Shown in pieces: positions 23,093 to 37,149 of a DNA stretch of 64,000 nucleotides. The notes beneath the pieces are model-generated. The model ran no database searches and was not told where the DNA came from. It worked only from the letters and a program-made list of their open reading frames with translations. Location: contig CM075988.1 in the NCBI GenBank assembly GCA_038087875.1, positions 744,001 to 808,000 of the forward strand, given 5' to 3'. This DNA comes from Malacoraja senta. Lineage: Eukaryota. Within the stretch, counting starts at the first letter, position 1. Each line of letters begins with the position of its first letter. A program made the position numbers and the translations under genes.

Positions 23093-23639
23093 TGTGGTGT
23101 ACATTAACCCTTATTAATTCATGCCATTTATAACCTTCATTACACAAATATGCATACCACTCTTTACATAGTATTACGGTACTACACAAAAAGCTCTCTC
23201 TTTCGGGTGCTAGTTAGTAAGCGAGACGCCAGCAGCAACTGACTGTTGAAATGCTCTAATGTATTCGATGAAATAAAGTTGGACTTTATCATGAATGTGT
23301 TTTTATTTATTGAGCCACCAATAAACAGTTAGGCCATTTGCTATGCGAACCCTCGGCAGTTGGGGATAGGGTAACGTGACTGGGCAATGGCGGGGAGTTG
23401 TCACGGGGTATGCCCTAGTATATAACGAACTCCGGGTCAACCTTCCCTCTCTCTTCCTCTTCTTCTCTCTTCGCATGAGTGTTCTGCCACCTCAGCAAGA
23501 GCTCAGCTCGAGCCCACGAGGCAACAGCCTTGCAGCAGCAACAATGACTTTTGTGTTAGAGGACTAAACGTGCATATATATCTAACCTATAATGCCGGAA
23601 TAAGGAAACTGTTTATTCACGACTTTTGGTGCCTCTACA
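23093..23639 (+). mobile_element. Candidate solo LTR (547 bp)
   Basis: TGTGG...CTACA termini; TATATAA at 23419-23425 followed by a CT-rich tract. It interrupts a Penelope-derived repeat (gtaacaa | aaggaaacagg). No clean TSD. Confidence 0.5.
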
Positions 23640-23654
23640 AAGGAAACAGGTGTT

Positions 23655-24305
23655 AGACAACACCTGTCCCTATACCTCCTCCTTCGACTCGGTTCAGGGA
23701 TCCCAACAGTCCTTTCAGGTTAGGCAGAGGTTCACTTGCACCTACCTCCTCCAACCTCAACTACTGTATCCGTTGTTCAAGATGTGGACTCTTATACATC
23801 GGCGAGACCAAACGTAAACTGGGTAATTGTTTCGCTGAACGCCTTTGCTCTATCCTGCTGAACCTACCTGATCTTCCGATTGGTAAACACTTTAATTCTC
23901 CTTCCCATTCCCGCAGACCTTTCTGTCCTAGGTCTCCTCCATTGTCAGTGAGGCTAAATGCAAATTGGAGGAACAGCATCTCATATTTCGCGAGGGCAGC
24001 TTACAGCCCAGTGGTATGAATATAGATTTCTCTAACTTCAAGTACAACCGGCATTCCCTCTCTCTCTATCCCTCCCCCACCCAAGTCGCACCAGCTTCTC
24101 ATTTTCACCCAACAGCTAACAATGGCCTGTTTCCATTAACATTGTTACTTTTTTGCATAGATTTCATTCATTGTTCTATATCTCTCATTTCCCTTATCCC
24201 TAACTAGTCTGACAAAGGGTCTCGACCCGAAATGTCACCCATTGCTCTCCAGAGACACTGCCTGTCCCACTGAGTTACTCCAGCTTTTTGTTTCTATCTT
24301 CAACC
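23655..24305 (+). mobile_element. Penelope-like element 3' part (GIY-YIG endonuclease and pseudo-LTR)
   Basis: YCIRCSRCGLLYIGETKRKLG...HFNS...EEQHLIFR...LQPSGMNIDFSNF* followed by the hammerhead-bearing repeat. Confidence 0.82.
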
Positions 24306-25085
24306 TGCCGGGCTTTGTCCTGGCCCTCCACTCTTCCAGCTTTCTTTCCACCACCCCCCATAATCAGTCACCTATCCATGTTTTCTAGAAAAGATGCCTG
24401 ACCTGCTGAGTTACTCCAACACTTTGTGTCTTTTTTTTGCAGTTCATTGTATCCACATTTTGCTGCTCTACTGCAAAATCTTCCCATGGTATGCTTATTT
24501 GAAGAAGTTATCGAAGCATGGAAACAGGCACTTTGGCCCAACTTGCCCATGCCGACCAAGATGACCCATCTACACTAGCCCCACCTGCCCGCATTTGGCC
24601 CATATCCCTCTGAACGTTTCCTTTCTGTGTACCTGTCCAAATGTCTTTTAAATATTATTATAGTACCTGCCTCAACTACGTCCTCTGGCAGCTCGTTCCA
24701 TATACCACCACCCTCTGTGTGAAAGAATGAACTTTAGCTACTCTCCAGGCCTCCGGAACCTAGACTGAGGCTAGAGAAAATCTTCACTAAGACTCTGGCA
24801 ATCTCGTCTCTTACCTCTCTCAATAACCTGGGATAGATCCCATCAGGCCCTGGGGATTTATCCACCTAAATGCTCTTCAGGACCCCCGACACCTCCGCCT
24901 TGTTAATCTCAAACAGCCCTTACGCATTAGTATTCTCCACACTGATCTAGCTGTCCTTCATGTCCCTCTCCTTGATGAAAATAGATGCAATGTACACATT
25001 TAGTACCTTACCTACATCCCCAGACTCCAACACAAATTCCCTTCTTTATCCCTGAGTGGTCCTACCTTTTCACGGGTTACCCTCT

Positions 25086-25625
25086 TGCAGGCAGTGAAGA
25101 AAGCGAATGGCATGTTGGCCTTTATAACAAGAGGAGTCGAGTATAGGAGCAAAGGCTCTGCAGTTGTACAGAGCCCTAGTGAGACCACACATGGAGTATT
25201 GTGTGCAGTTTTGGTCCCCTAATTTGAGGAAGGACATTCTTGCTATTGAGGGGGTGTAGCGTAGGTTTACAAGGTTAATTCCTGGGATGGCGGGACTGTC
25301 ATATGCTGAGAGAATGGAGCGGCTGGGCTTGTACACTCTGGAGTTTAGAAGGATGAGAGGGAATCTCATTGAAACATATATGATTGTTAAGGGTTTGGAC
25401 ACCCTAGAGGCAGGAAACATGTTCCCGATGTTGGGGGAGTCCAGAACCAGTTTAAGAATAAGGGGTAAGCCATTTAGAACGGAGATGAGGAAACACTTTA
25501 TGGGGAGAAGGCAGGAACGGGGTACTGATTGGGGATGATCAGCCATGATCATATTGAAAGGCGGTGCTGACGCGAAGGGCCGAATGGCCTACTCCTGCAC
25601 CTATGGTTTATTGTCTATTGTCGAT
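25086..25625 (+). mobile_element. CR1 family D 3' fragment nested in an older minus-strand CR1
   Basis: [23 protein letters not shown]; (TATTGTC)n tail. The same family occurs at about 40256-40667 (+), 56727-57200 (-) and 60925-62706 (-). Confidence 0.85.
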
Positions 25626-26789
25626 TGTTTTTATTGTAGGTATTAAAAATCCTTGGGATTTCCATTAATCTGACTCGCCAAAGCCATTCAGCGGTCCCTG
25701 TTCCCCCTTCTCATTGCATGCATGAGTTCTTTCCTCCTGAATTTATATTCCTTAAAGGCCATGTATAATTTAATCTTCTCACACCTTGCATGTACTTCCT
25801 TTTTGAACATATTTACCTCTTTGGTCATCCAAGGTTCCCTTACTTTGCCATCCTCATCCCTCCACCTCAATGGATCCCATCCCGAAATGTCACTTATTTG
25901 TGTTCTCTCTGTGGTGAAATCACGTTGGAGATGACAGAAATGTCAGACGATGATGTGTTGGATGCGGAGGCTGGTTGGATGAAGCGTGTGGACCAGGGTA
26001 AATTTATCCTAGTTTCCGTCTACAGTGAGGGGGAATAGAGAGCAGACTATGGGATACTGAGGAGACCTGAGTGAGCGATTCATCTATGACAGCAGGGGGG
26101 AAACCATGTTTATTAAAGAAATATATCCTGGATGACAAGGTCCAGTATGTCCCCTTCTCAGGTTGGATTATCCACATAGAATTCAAGAAACTCCCTTCGA
26201 CATATCTAACAAATTCTGTTGGGTGAGGGGGTGAAATGTACAGATATGAGGGGTGTTTTTCATATAGTTGGTGAACATCTGAAGCAAGCTGCCCAACGAG
26301 TTGGTGGAGGCAGATGCTTTTACGATGTTTAAAAGACATTTGTACAGGTACTTGGACAGGAAAGACTGAAGATACTGGTCTAATGCAGGAACATGAATCT
26401 GCCGTAGTTGTGTATATTGATTGGCATGGACAAGGTCAGTTTCTAATTTGTATGTTCTAAGATTCTACGATAGGGATGCACTTCATGAGCAGAGAACTGA
26501 ATCTGTGCCAGAAAACCAAGACAATGCTTCGTTCTTGCCAATGTTTAATTGTAGGGATTTTCTGTTCACTGACTACTGCCATGACTTCGAATCAGGATGA
26601 AATCCCCATGCACACTAACTAATCTGCACTTAAATATACGGATTGTATAAACATGCTCATCACAAGACATAGAAAATAGAACAGTACAGCACAATAGGCT
26701 CATCGGCCCATAATGTCCTTGCCGAACATGATGCCAGGTTAAACTAATCTCCTCTGTCTGGCTATGATCCACATCTCTCTATTCCCTGC

Positions 26790-26830
26790 ATATATATATA
26801 TATATATATATCCATCCATCCATCCATCCA
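26790..26830. repeat. (TA)n-(TCCA)n compound microsatellite
   Basis: tatatatatatatatatatatccatccatccatccatcca is directly visible. Confidence 0.9.
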
Positions 26831-29800
26831 GGGCCTGGAGCCGGTGAGTGCAGTCGGAGCCGGGAGCAGCTGAGCCCACACACCCCCCTCCTCCCCCCAT
26901 ACCACATACACCCCACCCCCTCCCACATAACCCCCTCCCCTTCCCCCATAACCCCCCCTCCCCCCACAAGCCTCCTGCCTTACACCCATCTCCCACTCCC
27001 CACACCCCTCTCCCCCTCTCCTCCCAGAGACCCGTTCCCCCACGCACCCTCCTCCCCCACACTCCCCTCACCGCACCTGCCCCCACCCCCCCCTGCCCCC
27101 ACAACACCCCATACCACACACCACCCCTGCCCACACACCACCCCCGCCTACACACCCCCACCCCACACCTACCCACAACCCTCCCACCCCACACCTACCC
27201 ACAACCCCGCCACACAGCGGTAGGCCACGGCAGGGGTAGGCCGTGGCAGCAGTAAGTCATGGCAGCGCTTCCCCCCCCCCCCCCCCCCACCGGCCTCTGA
27301 CAGGCTCCGCCTGAAGCCGTCCCCCTCCCCCGGCTGCAGGACGCGCCTCCCCCTCCCCACCGACCTCCAACTGAAGCCGTCCCTCTCCCCCTCCCAACGG
27401 CGCCCGACAGCCCCGACTGAAGCCGTCCCCCTCCCCCGGCTGCAGAATGCAACAAGGGACGCATCAAGAAAGAATGAACTGAATAAATCTCATCTTTAAC
27501 GTTTAAATTGTTGTTATATTTTAAGAGTTATTCACATTTTAAGTTAAAATAAATCGCTTTTCCACCTGCCGTGCCCGTCAGCTGCGCCTACGCAGTAATA
27601 CCTACGTGTTCTACGTCATAATGGGAACCCAATGGGCAGGAATGGCTGCGTCACCGGAGAGCCACTAAGAGTGGATGGGGGTGGGGGGGGTTGAGCGGGA
27701 TGGAGTGTGTGCCGGACGCTCCACCCCACTCCCACCTGCCCTCGCCAGAAGCCGTCCCCCTCCGCCGGCTGCAGGATGCTCCTCCCCACCCCCACTAGCC
27801 CCAGACAGATCCCACCTGAAGCCATCCCCTTCCCCCGGCCCTAGGAAGCTCCCCCCCGGCCCCTTACAGCCCCCTCCTGAAGCCGTCCCCCTCTGCCGCT
27901 GCAGGGCGCTTCACCAACCGGCCCCCGCCTGAAGCCGTCCCATCTCCAGCTGTAGGATACTCCTCACCAGTCCCCGCCAGAGCAGCAGTAGGCCACGGCA
28001 GCGGTATGCCACGACAGCGATTGGCCACGGCAGCATTAGGCAGCAGCAGTGGTAGGCCACGACAGCGATAGGCAGTGGCAGGCCGCGGCAGGAGTAGGCA
28101 GTGGCAGTGGTAGGCATGGTAGCAGTAGGCTATGGTACCGCTGCCACCCCCTCACCACCGGCCCCCGACAGACCCTGCCTGAAGCCGCCCCCTCCCCCGA
28201 CTGTAGGAGCCTCCTCCCTCCCCCACCAGCCCCCGACAGCGTGACCTGAAGCCGTTCCCCTCCCCTAGGCTGCAGGATGCTCCCCCCACCGGTCCCCGAC
28301 AGCCCCCCGCCTGAAGCCGTCCCCCTCCCCTGGCTACAGAAGGCAACAAGAGACGCAACAAGAAAGAATGGACTGAATAAATCTCATCTTTAACGTATAA
28401 ATTGTTGTTATATTTTAAGAGTTATTTTTAACCTTTAATAAATCCCGTTTCCACTTGCCGTGCCCGTCAGCTGCACCTGCCCAGTAATACCTGCGTGTTC
28501 TACATCACAATGATAACCCAATGGGCGGGAATAGCTGCACCACCGGAAAGCTGCTAAGAGTGGATGGGGGTGGGGGTTGAGGGGGGTGGAGTGAGTGCAT
28601 GGGTGGGGAAGGGGCGGGGTGGGGGGGTCCCACTTAGTCTCGTACAAAACTAAAACTCTCATCTTGTTCTCTTCCGGTTTGCATTGTTTTTACATTTGCG
28701 CCAAAACAGTACCCGATAACGCTACGATTTTCCACCACCTTACTCGCCATTCTCCTGTGCTGCGTGCACCAAGATTTGTTCCAATCGGTGGAATATTACA
28801 AAAGTTATTAAAGTTTAAAAATCGTAAAAACGCGTATGTGCAGAATGGTCTCCTCTTCTGTCCTGTCAGTCGCTGCGATGGCGATGCCTCTTCCGGCACC
28901 CACTGTCAATCACCGAGGGCGAGGAGAATAAGCTGAAGGAGCAGAGTGTGGTGAGTGAGTGTGGGCTGCGACTGCGGCGACCAACACAACGAGCCGGGTA
29001 CCGCTGAGTGGAGCCGGGATCCGCTGTGTGGGGCCTGGAGCCTCTGAGTAAGGCCAGGACCGCTGAGTGATGCCGGGGCCGGGTGCCGCTGAGTGAGGCC
29101 GAAGCCGGAGCCGGAAGCCGCTGAGTGAGGCTGCAGCCGGAGCCGGGGCCGGGGCCGGGTGCAGCTGAGTGAGGCTGCAGCCGGAGCCGGGGCCGGGTGC
29201 CGCTGAGTGAGGCCGGGGCCCGGGCCGGGAGCCGCAGAGTACGGCCGGTGCCAGAGCCGGGAGCCACTGCGTGAGGCCGGAGCCGGGGCCGGGAGCCGCT
29301 GCGTGAGGCGGGGCCGGAAGCTGTCCCCGTCCCAAGCTGCAGGAAGCTACCCCCTCCGGTCCCTGCATGAAGGCGGTGGGGAGCAGCAGCGGTAGGCCAC
29401 GGAGAGGTAGGCCACGACTGCAATAGGCCACGCCAATGACAGCGGTAAGCCATGGCAGTGGCAGCTGTAGGCCAAGGCAGCGGTAGGGATACGCACTGGC
29501 AGGGGTAGGCCACGGCATCGGTAGGCCATGGCAGAGCTCTTCCCCGCCCCCACAACGGCCCTCGACAAGCCCCGTCTGAAGCATCCCCGCCCCCCCGGCT
29601 AGAGAATGCTCCCGTGGGTTCCGGCTTGAAACTGTCCCCGTCCCCAGCTGCAGGACGCTCCCCCCCCCCCCCACCGGCCCTCGTCTGAAGCAGTCCCCAT
29701 CCCAAGCTGCAGGATGCTCCTCACCAGTCCCTGCCTGAAGCTGGTGGGGAGCGGCAGCGTTAGGCATTGGCAGCGGTAGGCCACGGCAGCGATAGGCCAT

Positions 29801-30968
29801 GGCAGCGACAGGCCACGGCAGCGGTAAGCCACGACAGCGATAGGCCACAGCAGCGGCAGGCCAAGGAAGCAGCAGGCCACGGCAGCGGCAGGCCAAGGAA
29901 GCAGCAGGCCACGGCAGCAGCAGGCCAAGGAAGCGGCAGGCCACAGCAGCAGTAAACAGTGGCAGGCCACAGCAGCGGTTGGCAGGCAGCAACCCCCCCC
30001 CCCCCCCTGCCCCCCGACAGGTCCCGCCTGAAACCGTCCCCCTCCCCGGCTACAGGACTCTCCCACGGTCCCCATCCCCAGCTGCAGGACGCTTCCCCCC
30101 CCACCGGCCCCCTCCCACGGCTGCAGGAAGCTGCACACCAGTCCCCGCCTGAAGCCCCCCCCCCCCCCGGCTGCAGGATGCTCCACGCCCCCCACCGGCA
30201 CCTGCCAGCCCCTGCCTGAAGCCGACCCCCTCCCCTGGCTGCAGGGGACTCCCCCCTCCCCCACCGGCACCCGCGTGAAGCCATCCCCCTTGCCCGGGTA
30301 CAGGACGCTTCCCAACGCCCCCACCTGAAGCATTCCCCGTTCCTGGCTACAGGACGCTCCCGCCAGCCCCGCCTGAAGCCATCCCCCTCCCCCGGCTACA
30401 GGACTCTTCCCGCCCCCCCCCCCCCCCACTGCCTGAAACCAGTGGGGAGCGGCAGCGGCAGGCCACGATAGCGATAGGCAGTGGTTGGCCACGGCAGAGG
30501 TAGGCAGCGGCAGGGGGAGGCAGCGGCAGGGGGAGGCCGCAGCAGAGGTAGGCCACGGCAGCGCTCCAGCCCCGACAGGCCCCGCCTGAAGCCATCCCCT
30601 GGCTGTAGGACGCTCCCCGTCGGCCCCCGCCTGAAGCCGTCCCCATTCCCCGGCTACAGAATGCTCCCGCCGGCGCACACCTGAAGCCGTCCCCAGCTGC
30701 AGGACGCTTCCCCCCACCGGCCCACGCCTGAAGTCGTCCCCCTCCCCCGACTGCAGGAGGCTCCACTCCGGCCCCCTCCTGAAGCCGTTCCCCTCCCCCG
30801 GCTGCAGGATGTTTCCCCCCCGCCTGAAGCCATCCCTGTCCCTGGCTACAGGATGTTCCCGCCAGCCCCGCCTGAAGTCGTTCCCCACCCCCAGATGCAG
30901 GATGCTCCCCCCCCCCCCCCGGCCTCTGCCTGAAGTCGTCCCCCTCCCCGGGCTATAGGATGCTCCCG
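26831..30968 (+). mobile_element. Tandem Helitron-like non-autonomous elements with GC-rich minisatellite arrays
   Basis: A 3'-end-like gggtcccacttagtctcgt at about 28625-28643 (compare 58696-58714) is followed by a 5'-end-like aaaactaaaactctcatcttg. Arrays of ~45-bp cctgaagccgtccccctcccccggctgcagga, ~16-21-bp ggccacggcagc and ~26-38-bp gccgggtgccgctgagtgag units. Block 27420-27690 is duplicated at 28310-28590. Confidence 0.6.
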
Positions 30969-32057
30969 TGTCCCAAGTTTTTTTTCTGTGTAAAAAAAAC
31001 TTGCCCCACAGGTCTCCTTTAAACTTTTGTGCCTTTCACCTTTAAGCTATGGCCCCTTAGTCTTTGATATTTTCACCCATGGAAAAAGGTTCTGACTGAC
31101 TATCCTATATGCCTCTCATTATTTTATATACTTCTATCAAGTCACTCCTCAGCCTCCAACGCTCCAGAGAAAACTATCCAAATTTGTCTAATCTCTCCTC
31201 ATAGCTAATGCTCTCTAATCCAAGCAGTATTCTGGTCATAGATATAGAGTCATGCAGCACGGAAACAGGCTCTTCAGCCCAACTTGCCCATGTTGACCAA
31301 GATGCCCCATCACTTATATGTTAAATGTCTTTGCAGTACCTATTACCTCCTGTCAACTCGTATATAACCACCCCCCTCGTATTGAAAAAGCTTTCCCTCA
31401 GGATCCATTCTTTCCCCTCTCATTTTAAACCTATGTTCTCTGGTTCTTAATTTCCACTAATCTGGGTAATAGACTATCTATTCCCCTCATGATCTTATAC
31501 ACCTCTACAAGATGGCGCTAGAGCGTGGCAACTATTTGCATGTCAGTCCCAGAAGAGGATTTGCTATCATCCACTACAAACTAAATTAATAACACTATAT
31601 GGCAAACCTTTTCTGCACCCTCCAATGCCTTCATATCCTCCCTTTAATGGTGCAGCCAGAACTGCAGGCAATACTCCAAAGGTGGCCTAAATAAACACCT
31701 GTAAAACTGCTACGTGACTACCTTATACTCAATGCCCTGATAGATGAAAGCAAGTGTACCAGCTACCAGTTACCAAGCAAGTAGGCCTTCTTTACCACTC
31801 TATCTACTTGCCACTTTTAGTTTATGGCTTGGATTAACGCCTTTTAATTTGTGTTTTACTATATCCTCTCTTAATTAATCGAATTAGATTTGTAAGTTTC
31901 CAATTAGTCATTTGATTTGGCTGAGCAACTTTGTGTGTGCTGCAGAGCAATAGCACCACAGTATGAAGGATGAATACTTTGTCTTGCTTCATACTGTTTG
32001 ATGCAGAAAAATGAACTGGTTAGCTGAGCATCCTGTCAAACCAGTATCCTGTGTAGA

Positions 32058-32905
32058 TAACCATATAACAATTACAGCATGGAAACAGGCCATCTCGGCC
32101 CTTCAAGTCCATGCCGAACACTTTTTCTCCCTTAGTCCCATCTACCTGCACTCAGACCATAACCCTCCATTCCTTTCTCGTCCATATACCCATCCAATCT
32201 ATATTTAAATGATAAAATCGAACCTGCCTCCACCACTTCCACTGGAAGCTCATTCCACACAGCTACCACTCTCTGAGTAAAGAAGTTCCCCCTAATGTTA
32301 CCCCTAAACTTCTGTCCCTTAATTCTCAAGTCATGTCCTCTTGTTTGAATCTTCCCTACTCTCAATGGGAAAAGCTTATCCTCGTCAACTCTGTCTATCC
32401 CTCTCATCATTTTAAAGACCTCTATCAAGTCCCCCCTTAACCTTCTGCGCTCCAAAGAATAAAGACCTAACTTGTTTAGCCTTTCTCTGTAATTTTGTTG
32501 CTGAAACCCAGGCAACATTCTTGTAAATCTCCTCTGTACTCTCTCTATTTTGTTGACATCCTTCCTATAATTAGGCGACCAAAATTGTACTCCATACTCC
32601 AGAATTGGCTTCACCAATGCCTTGTACAATTTTAACATTACATCCCAACTTCTATACTCAATGCTCTGATTTATAAAGGCCAGCACACCAAAAGCTTTCT
32701 TTACCACCCTATCTACATGAGATTCCATCTTCAGGGAACTATGCAGTTATTCCTAGATTCCTCTGTTCAACTGCATTCCTCAATTCGCTACCATTTACCA
32801 TGTACGTCCTATTTTGATTTGTCCTGCCAAGATGTAGCATCTCACATTTATCAGCATTAAACTCCATCTGCCATCTTTCAGCCCACTCTTCCAAATGGCC
32901 TAAAT
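32058..32905 (-). mobile_element. CR1 family A 3' fragment
   Basis: ORF 32132-32728 is nearly identical to the family A ORF2 C-terminus; the 3' UTR and tail lie at the left end. Confidence 0.92.
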
Positions 32906-33195
32906 GAGATGAAAATTACTGCTCAGAAGGTTTTGTGCCCATTTCAGATATGGTTTGAGGTAGAGACGAGATATGTTTTTGTCGGTTTACTGCCAGACTG
33001 CATTGGTTAAGGGTCAAGGTCCAATCATCTGGTGAATCACTCTCCATGCTTTTGGTGCATCTGCAATGACGCAGTCAAATTAAAAATCCAACTTTCAATT
33101 TCCGATTCATAGAGTCCACTACTCAAATGAATTTCTTTGCAGACCTTATCATGTTTGAGGAGCAGAAATTAAATGTAAATGCTTGATAGTAGTAC

Positions 33196-33292
33196 CTGCA
33201 GACACCGAAGATATACCAGTAGGTCCAGCACTCCCATTTCACAATAACAAAGAAGGACAGACAGATGGAACCACTGCAATGGGCTATGAGAG
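33196..33292 (-). CDS. TMEM107: TMEM107 internal coding exon (97 nt; equivalent to exon 4)
   Basis: Acceptor cttccttgacctgtgcttcag, then CT + LIAHCSGSICLSFFVIVKWECWTYWYIFGVC + AG, donor gtacta. Matches the TMEM107 AHCS...WEC.TYWYIF motif. Phases are compatible with both flanking exons. Confidence 0.95.
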
Positions 33293-36200
33293 CTGAAGCA
33301 CAGGTCAAGGAAGAAACAGAACCCATGGAGCAGTTAGCGCACACACACCCGCACAGCAAAGGCGTAGCATCCTCTATGTACTTAATGATGCCTTAGCTAA
33401 CAAACCATTCAATATGCCTCTCCGTTTCCTTGTCTTTCTGTTATTCTACTTTTGGGGCCCTACAGACATACACTCTGCTGATCCTGAATACTTTTTAAGA
33501 TTAGATTAGACTAGTTTATTATAATAGACATCTGGATGTAATGAAATTCCTTAAGCTCAAAGAATAAACAGCATACATACAGTAATGATAAATACAACAA
33601 TAAATACGCATAGTACAAAACAGAATGGTCAAAGATTGCCATGCAATCTGAAGTAGTGCAAAAAAAATAATCAAGTACAATAATGGAATAACTGAATGAG
33701 GTAGAATTAAAAGAAAGAGTAATGAGCAGCACCTCTGGGAAAGGAGTGTGAAGGAGGTGAGTGGTTCAGGAGTCTGATAGCAGTGGGAATGAGGCTGTTC
33801 TCACAAATGTTCTTACAGATGTCTGAGCTTTCAAGCTCATGCCAGGAGACCATCTGTGCCGGCTGCTTTCAAGAGAAACTGTGAAACTGGGATCACTCCA
33901 ATGTCAATGGTGCAGAGGGGTGGAATTTTTCAAGTGCAATCAGGAGAACTTTTTGAGCCACTGTGTCCTACCAAAAAAGGGGCAGTACATGACCTAATTT
34001 TAGGGATTACAGCCAGGCAAGTAGTTGAAATGTCATGGAGTCATACAGTGCAGAACTCGTCCATAAAAACCAAGAGTCCATCTAAGCCGGTCCCATCGCA
34101 CTTGACCCATTTTGTTCTAAATCTTTCCTTTCCATGTACCAATCCAAGTGTCTTTTAAATGTTGTTATTGTATCTGCTTCAACTACTTCCTGTGGCAGCC
34201 CGTTCAATATATCCACAACCCCCTAGGTGAAAACAATTGCTCCCCAGGTTCCTATTAAAACATTTCCCTCACATCCTAAAACCACATCCTCGGGTTCTTA
34301 ATTCCCCAACACTGGGGACTGTATGCACTCATTCTATCTAAACCCCTCGTGAATTTGCATAAATCTATAAAATCATCTGTCAGTCTCCCAAGTTGCCAAG
34401 GAATAAAGTGCTGGTCCCCCAACCTATAACTATAGCTCAGTCCTAAGAGTCCTGAGAATTTCCTCGTAAACATTTTCAGCTTAATGACATCTTTCCTGTA
34501 ATAATGGCAAAGTATTTCACGGCCAGTAACCATGACTCTGGAAGATTCAAAGTTGTTATGGAAAGGGGTTATCGAATATATCTAATTATTAATTGCAAGG
34601 GTTCTTATATGTTTAATTTGCCAACTTACCTTATTTTCCTGAACTTTTTGGACCATTGTCTATATTCCTGATGAGCTCTCCCTCATTGTTCCTTTATAGC
34701 CATCCTAAGGTTCCTATTTTTCATCGTATGCCTCTTAACTTGCAGGGTGCCTTGGACTTCCTTTACCCTTATATTCATCTTCAATTCTCATTATTTCACT
34801 TTTGAATTAGTTCCTTTTTTCAGATGTAAACTTACCTATATCTGGCCTTCTGTAACTACTGTGGCTACTACCGATCTACTTGACAGGTTTTTTGTCATGA
34901 TATTGAAATTGGTCTTTGCTCCTTCAGAACTTTAACTTCAGGTCCATTCTTATGCTTTACCATAACTACCTTGACACTTACACTAGTGGTCACTCTCTGA
35001 CATGTCTGCCTACATTTCAGGCTGAGGTAGGGCCCGACCCAAAACATCGCATATCCATGTTCTTCAGAGATGCTGCCTGACCCACTGAGTTACTCCAGCA
35101 CATTTTGTTTGTTTTTAATGTAAATTAGCATCTGCATTTCCTTGTATCCCGATGATATTGAGCTATAGTTTCTATCATAATCATACGGAATGGCACAGGT
35201 GTGAAACACCTATGCCTGTTATTTCTCTTTCTCAATACCAAATTCCTACTTTCTCCTCACACCCCTTGATACCTTTAGCATCCAACCACTTCTCCATATA
35301 TAAAGCAATATATTATCCATTGACGCCCTCCACACTGGTCTCTGGTAGAGAATGCCATTAGTTCATATCCCTTGTATTTTCATCTCGGCTCAAAATGTCT
35401 TTCTCCATACGTCCTGAAACTGATATCACTAGTTCTTGATAAAGCAGCGAGAGGAAACACTCTCCCAACATCCAGTCAGTCTGTCCAGTCTTATCAGAAT
35501 TTTGTAAATTTCAATTAGATTCACTTTCATTCTTGGCAAAGGGATTGAGAAAGGTAGAGATAAGGCTGTAGTAAACATAGAACAGTACAGCACAGGAACA
35601 GGCCCACAGTGGGCCAAAAGGCCTGTTTCTATGTTATATCTTTCGATCAATCAATCAAAGCAAAGGCTGTACTGTTGCATTGAAGGCCTTTGCTGATTGG
35701 CGGCTCCCTAGATATGAGAAATGGTCCATGTATTCCAGGGCTTATACACAAATTTTCATTATCTGGGCGGCGTTGCAAACCAGATGCAAGTTGGTAGGAT
35801 GGCCTTTGTTTTACAAAGTGCGGAGTTCCTTCGTGTTTGCTTCACCAAGTGAGGTGGCCACAACTTAAGCTCAGCCTCAGACTGGTGAATGATTTGTCGT
35901 CGCACTGTGCTGCAATGGGAGGCCTGCAGGCAAGCTGCAGCATTGAGCAAGAAAAGTTCAAAGACTGTGTTGGGGTGATGACAGAGTTGACTGATGACTG
36001 ATGACACCAATTGAGCTGAAATTAGTTCTGTGTAGACTCAGTGGAAACACCCTTCCAGCATACAGTTTATCTAGTTTTAAAAGTTTTAATTAGATTCCCT
36101 TCATAACTATAATTGTGATCATAGTTTGAGATGTGGCAATGAAGCATAGAAAGGACAGTAATTAATTTTTGAAGGCAAGCCAATTAGATGTAGGTGCTTC

Positions 36201-37149
36201 ACAAAGTTAATAAAGGCTTTAGTGAAATTACAGAAGGCCAGATATAGTGGCCTCAGCTGTTCCCACCAAATCTATTGGGGTTTTCGCATGGTAAAGTGGT
36301 ATTCACATTTATTCCCTTTATCATGTATCTGTACACTGTGGATGGCTCGATTGTAATCATGTATTGTCTTTCCGCTGACTGGTTAGCACGTAACAAAAGC
36401 TTTTCACTTGGCACACTGGACAACAAACTAAACTCAAACTCAAGATCAACTGAAATGATACTGAGAGTTCAGGGCCACTATGTTCCTGAATGGTGCAAAG
36501 CAAATACAACATGTCCTCTTCAACTTGGATGTTAAAGGATATTGAGTCATAAATGTAGATGAACCGCAGTGGATGCATCACTGTAGCACACCGCTGGTAA
36601 CTGGCCTCCAATCTAAAAAAACAGCCCACCACTATCACCCTCTACCTCCTAGTATAAGGCTAATTTTGTATCAAATTGGCGAGCACACCATGGCTCACCC
36701 CTCCAGACCATGAGGCACCTTGTCAGGGACCTTGCTTAAGTCCATGTAGATCATGTCTACTGCCGTACTCGTATCAATCCTCGGTCAAAACACTCAATCA
36801 ACTTCAAAACTATGCTGACTATCTCTAATCAGTCGCCTTTCCAAGTGCAGCTAAATCCTACCTCAACAACTTTCCCACCACTGACGTGAAGCTGACCAAC
36901 CTGTAGTTCCCCGACTTGGTCTCGTCTTAAAATGCTCCCCCAATGCCACTTCAGTCACTTGCCCTACCCAACAGGGGTAGGGCAAACCTGAGTGTTGCCC
37001 CCTCTCAGATAGGGTCATCTATATATTGCTACACTTAATTTCTACCCCATTTAGTACATTGGCACAATGCCCATCTTTTTAAATATTTGACAAGTTAAAA
37101 TAGCTGCTATTACAATTTTTTTGATTTTATCACTTCCTGCTGTCTCCCT

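Noticed and set aside
28866..30888. Long ORFs (279, 360 and 429 aa) as host genes
   Set aside because: They are low-complexity translations of GC-rich minisatellites that lack stop codons, with no domain signature.
35660..36010. Conserved non-coding element or exon
   Set aside because: The minus strand gives HFSYLGS and VITPT-like remnants, consistent with an old RTE-type LINE fragment.
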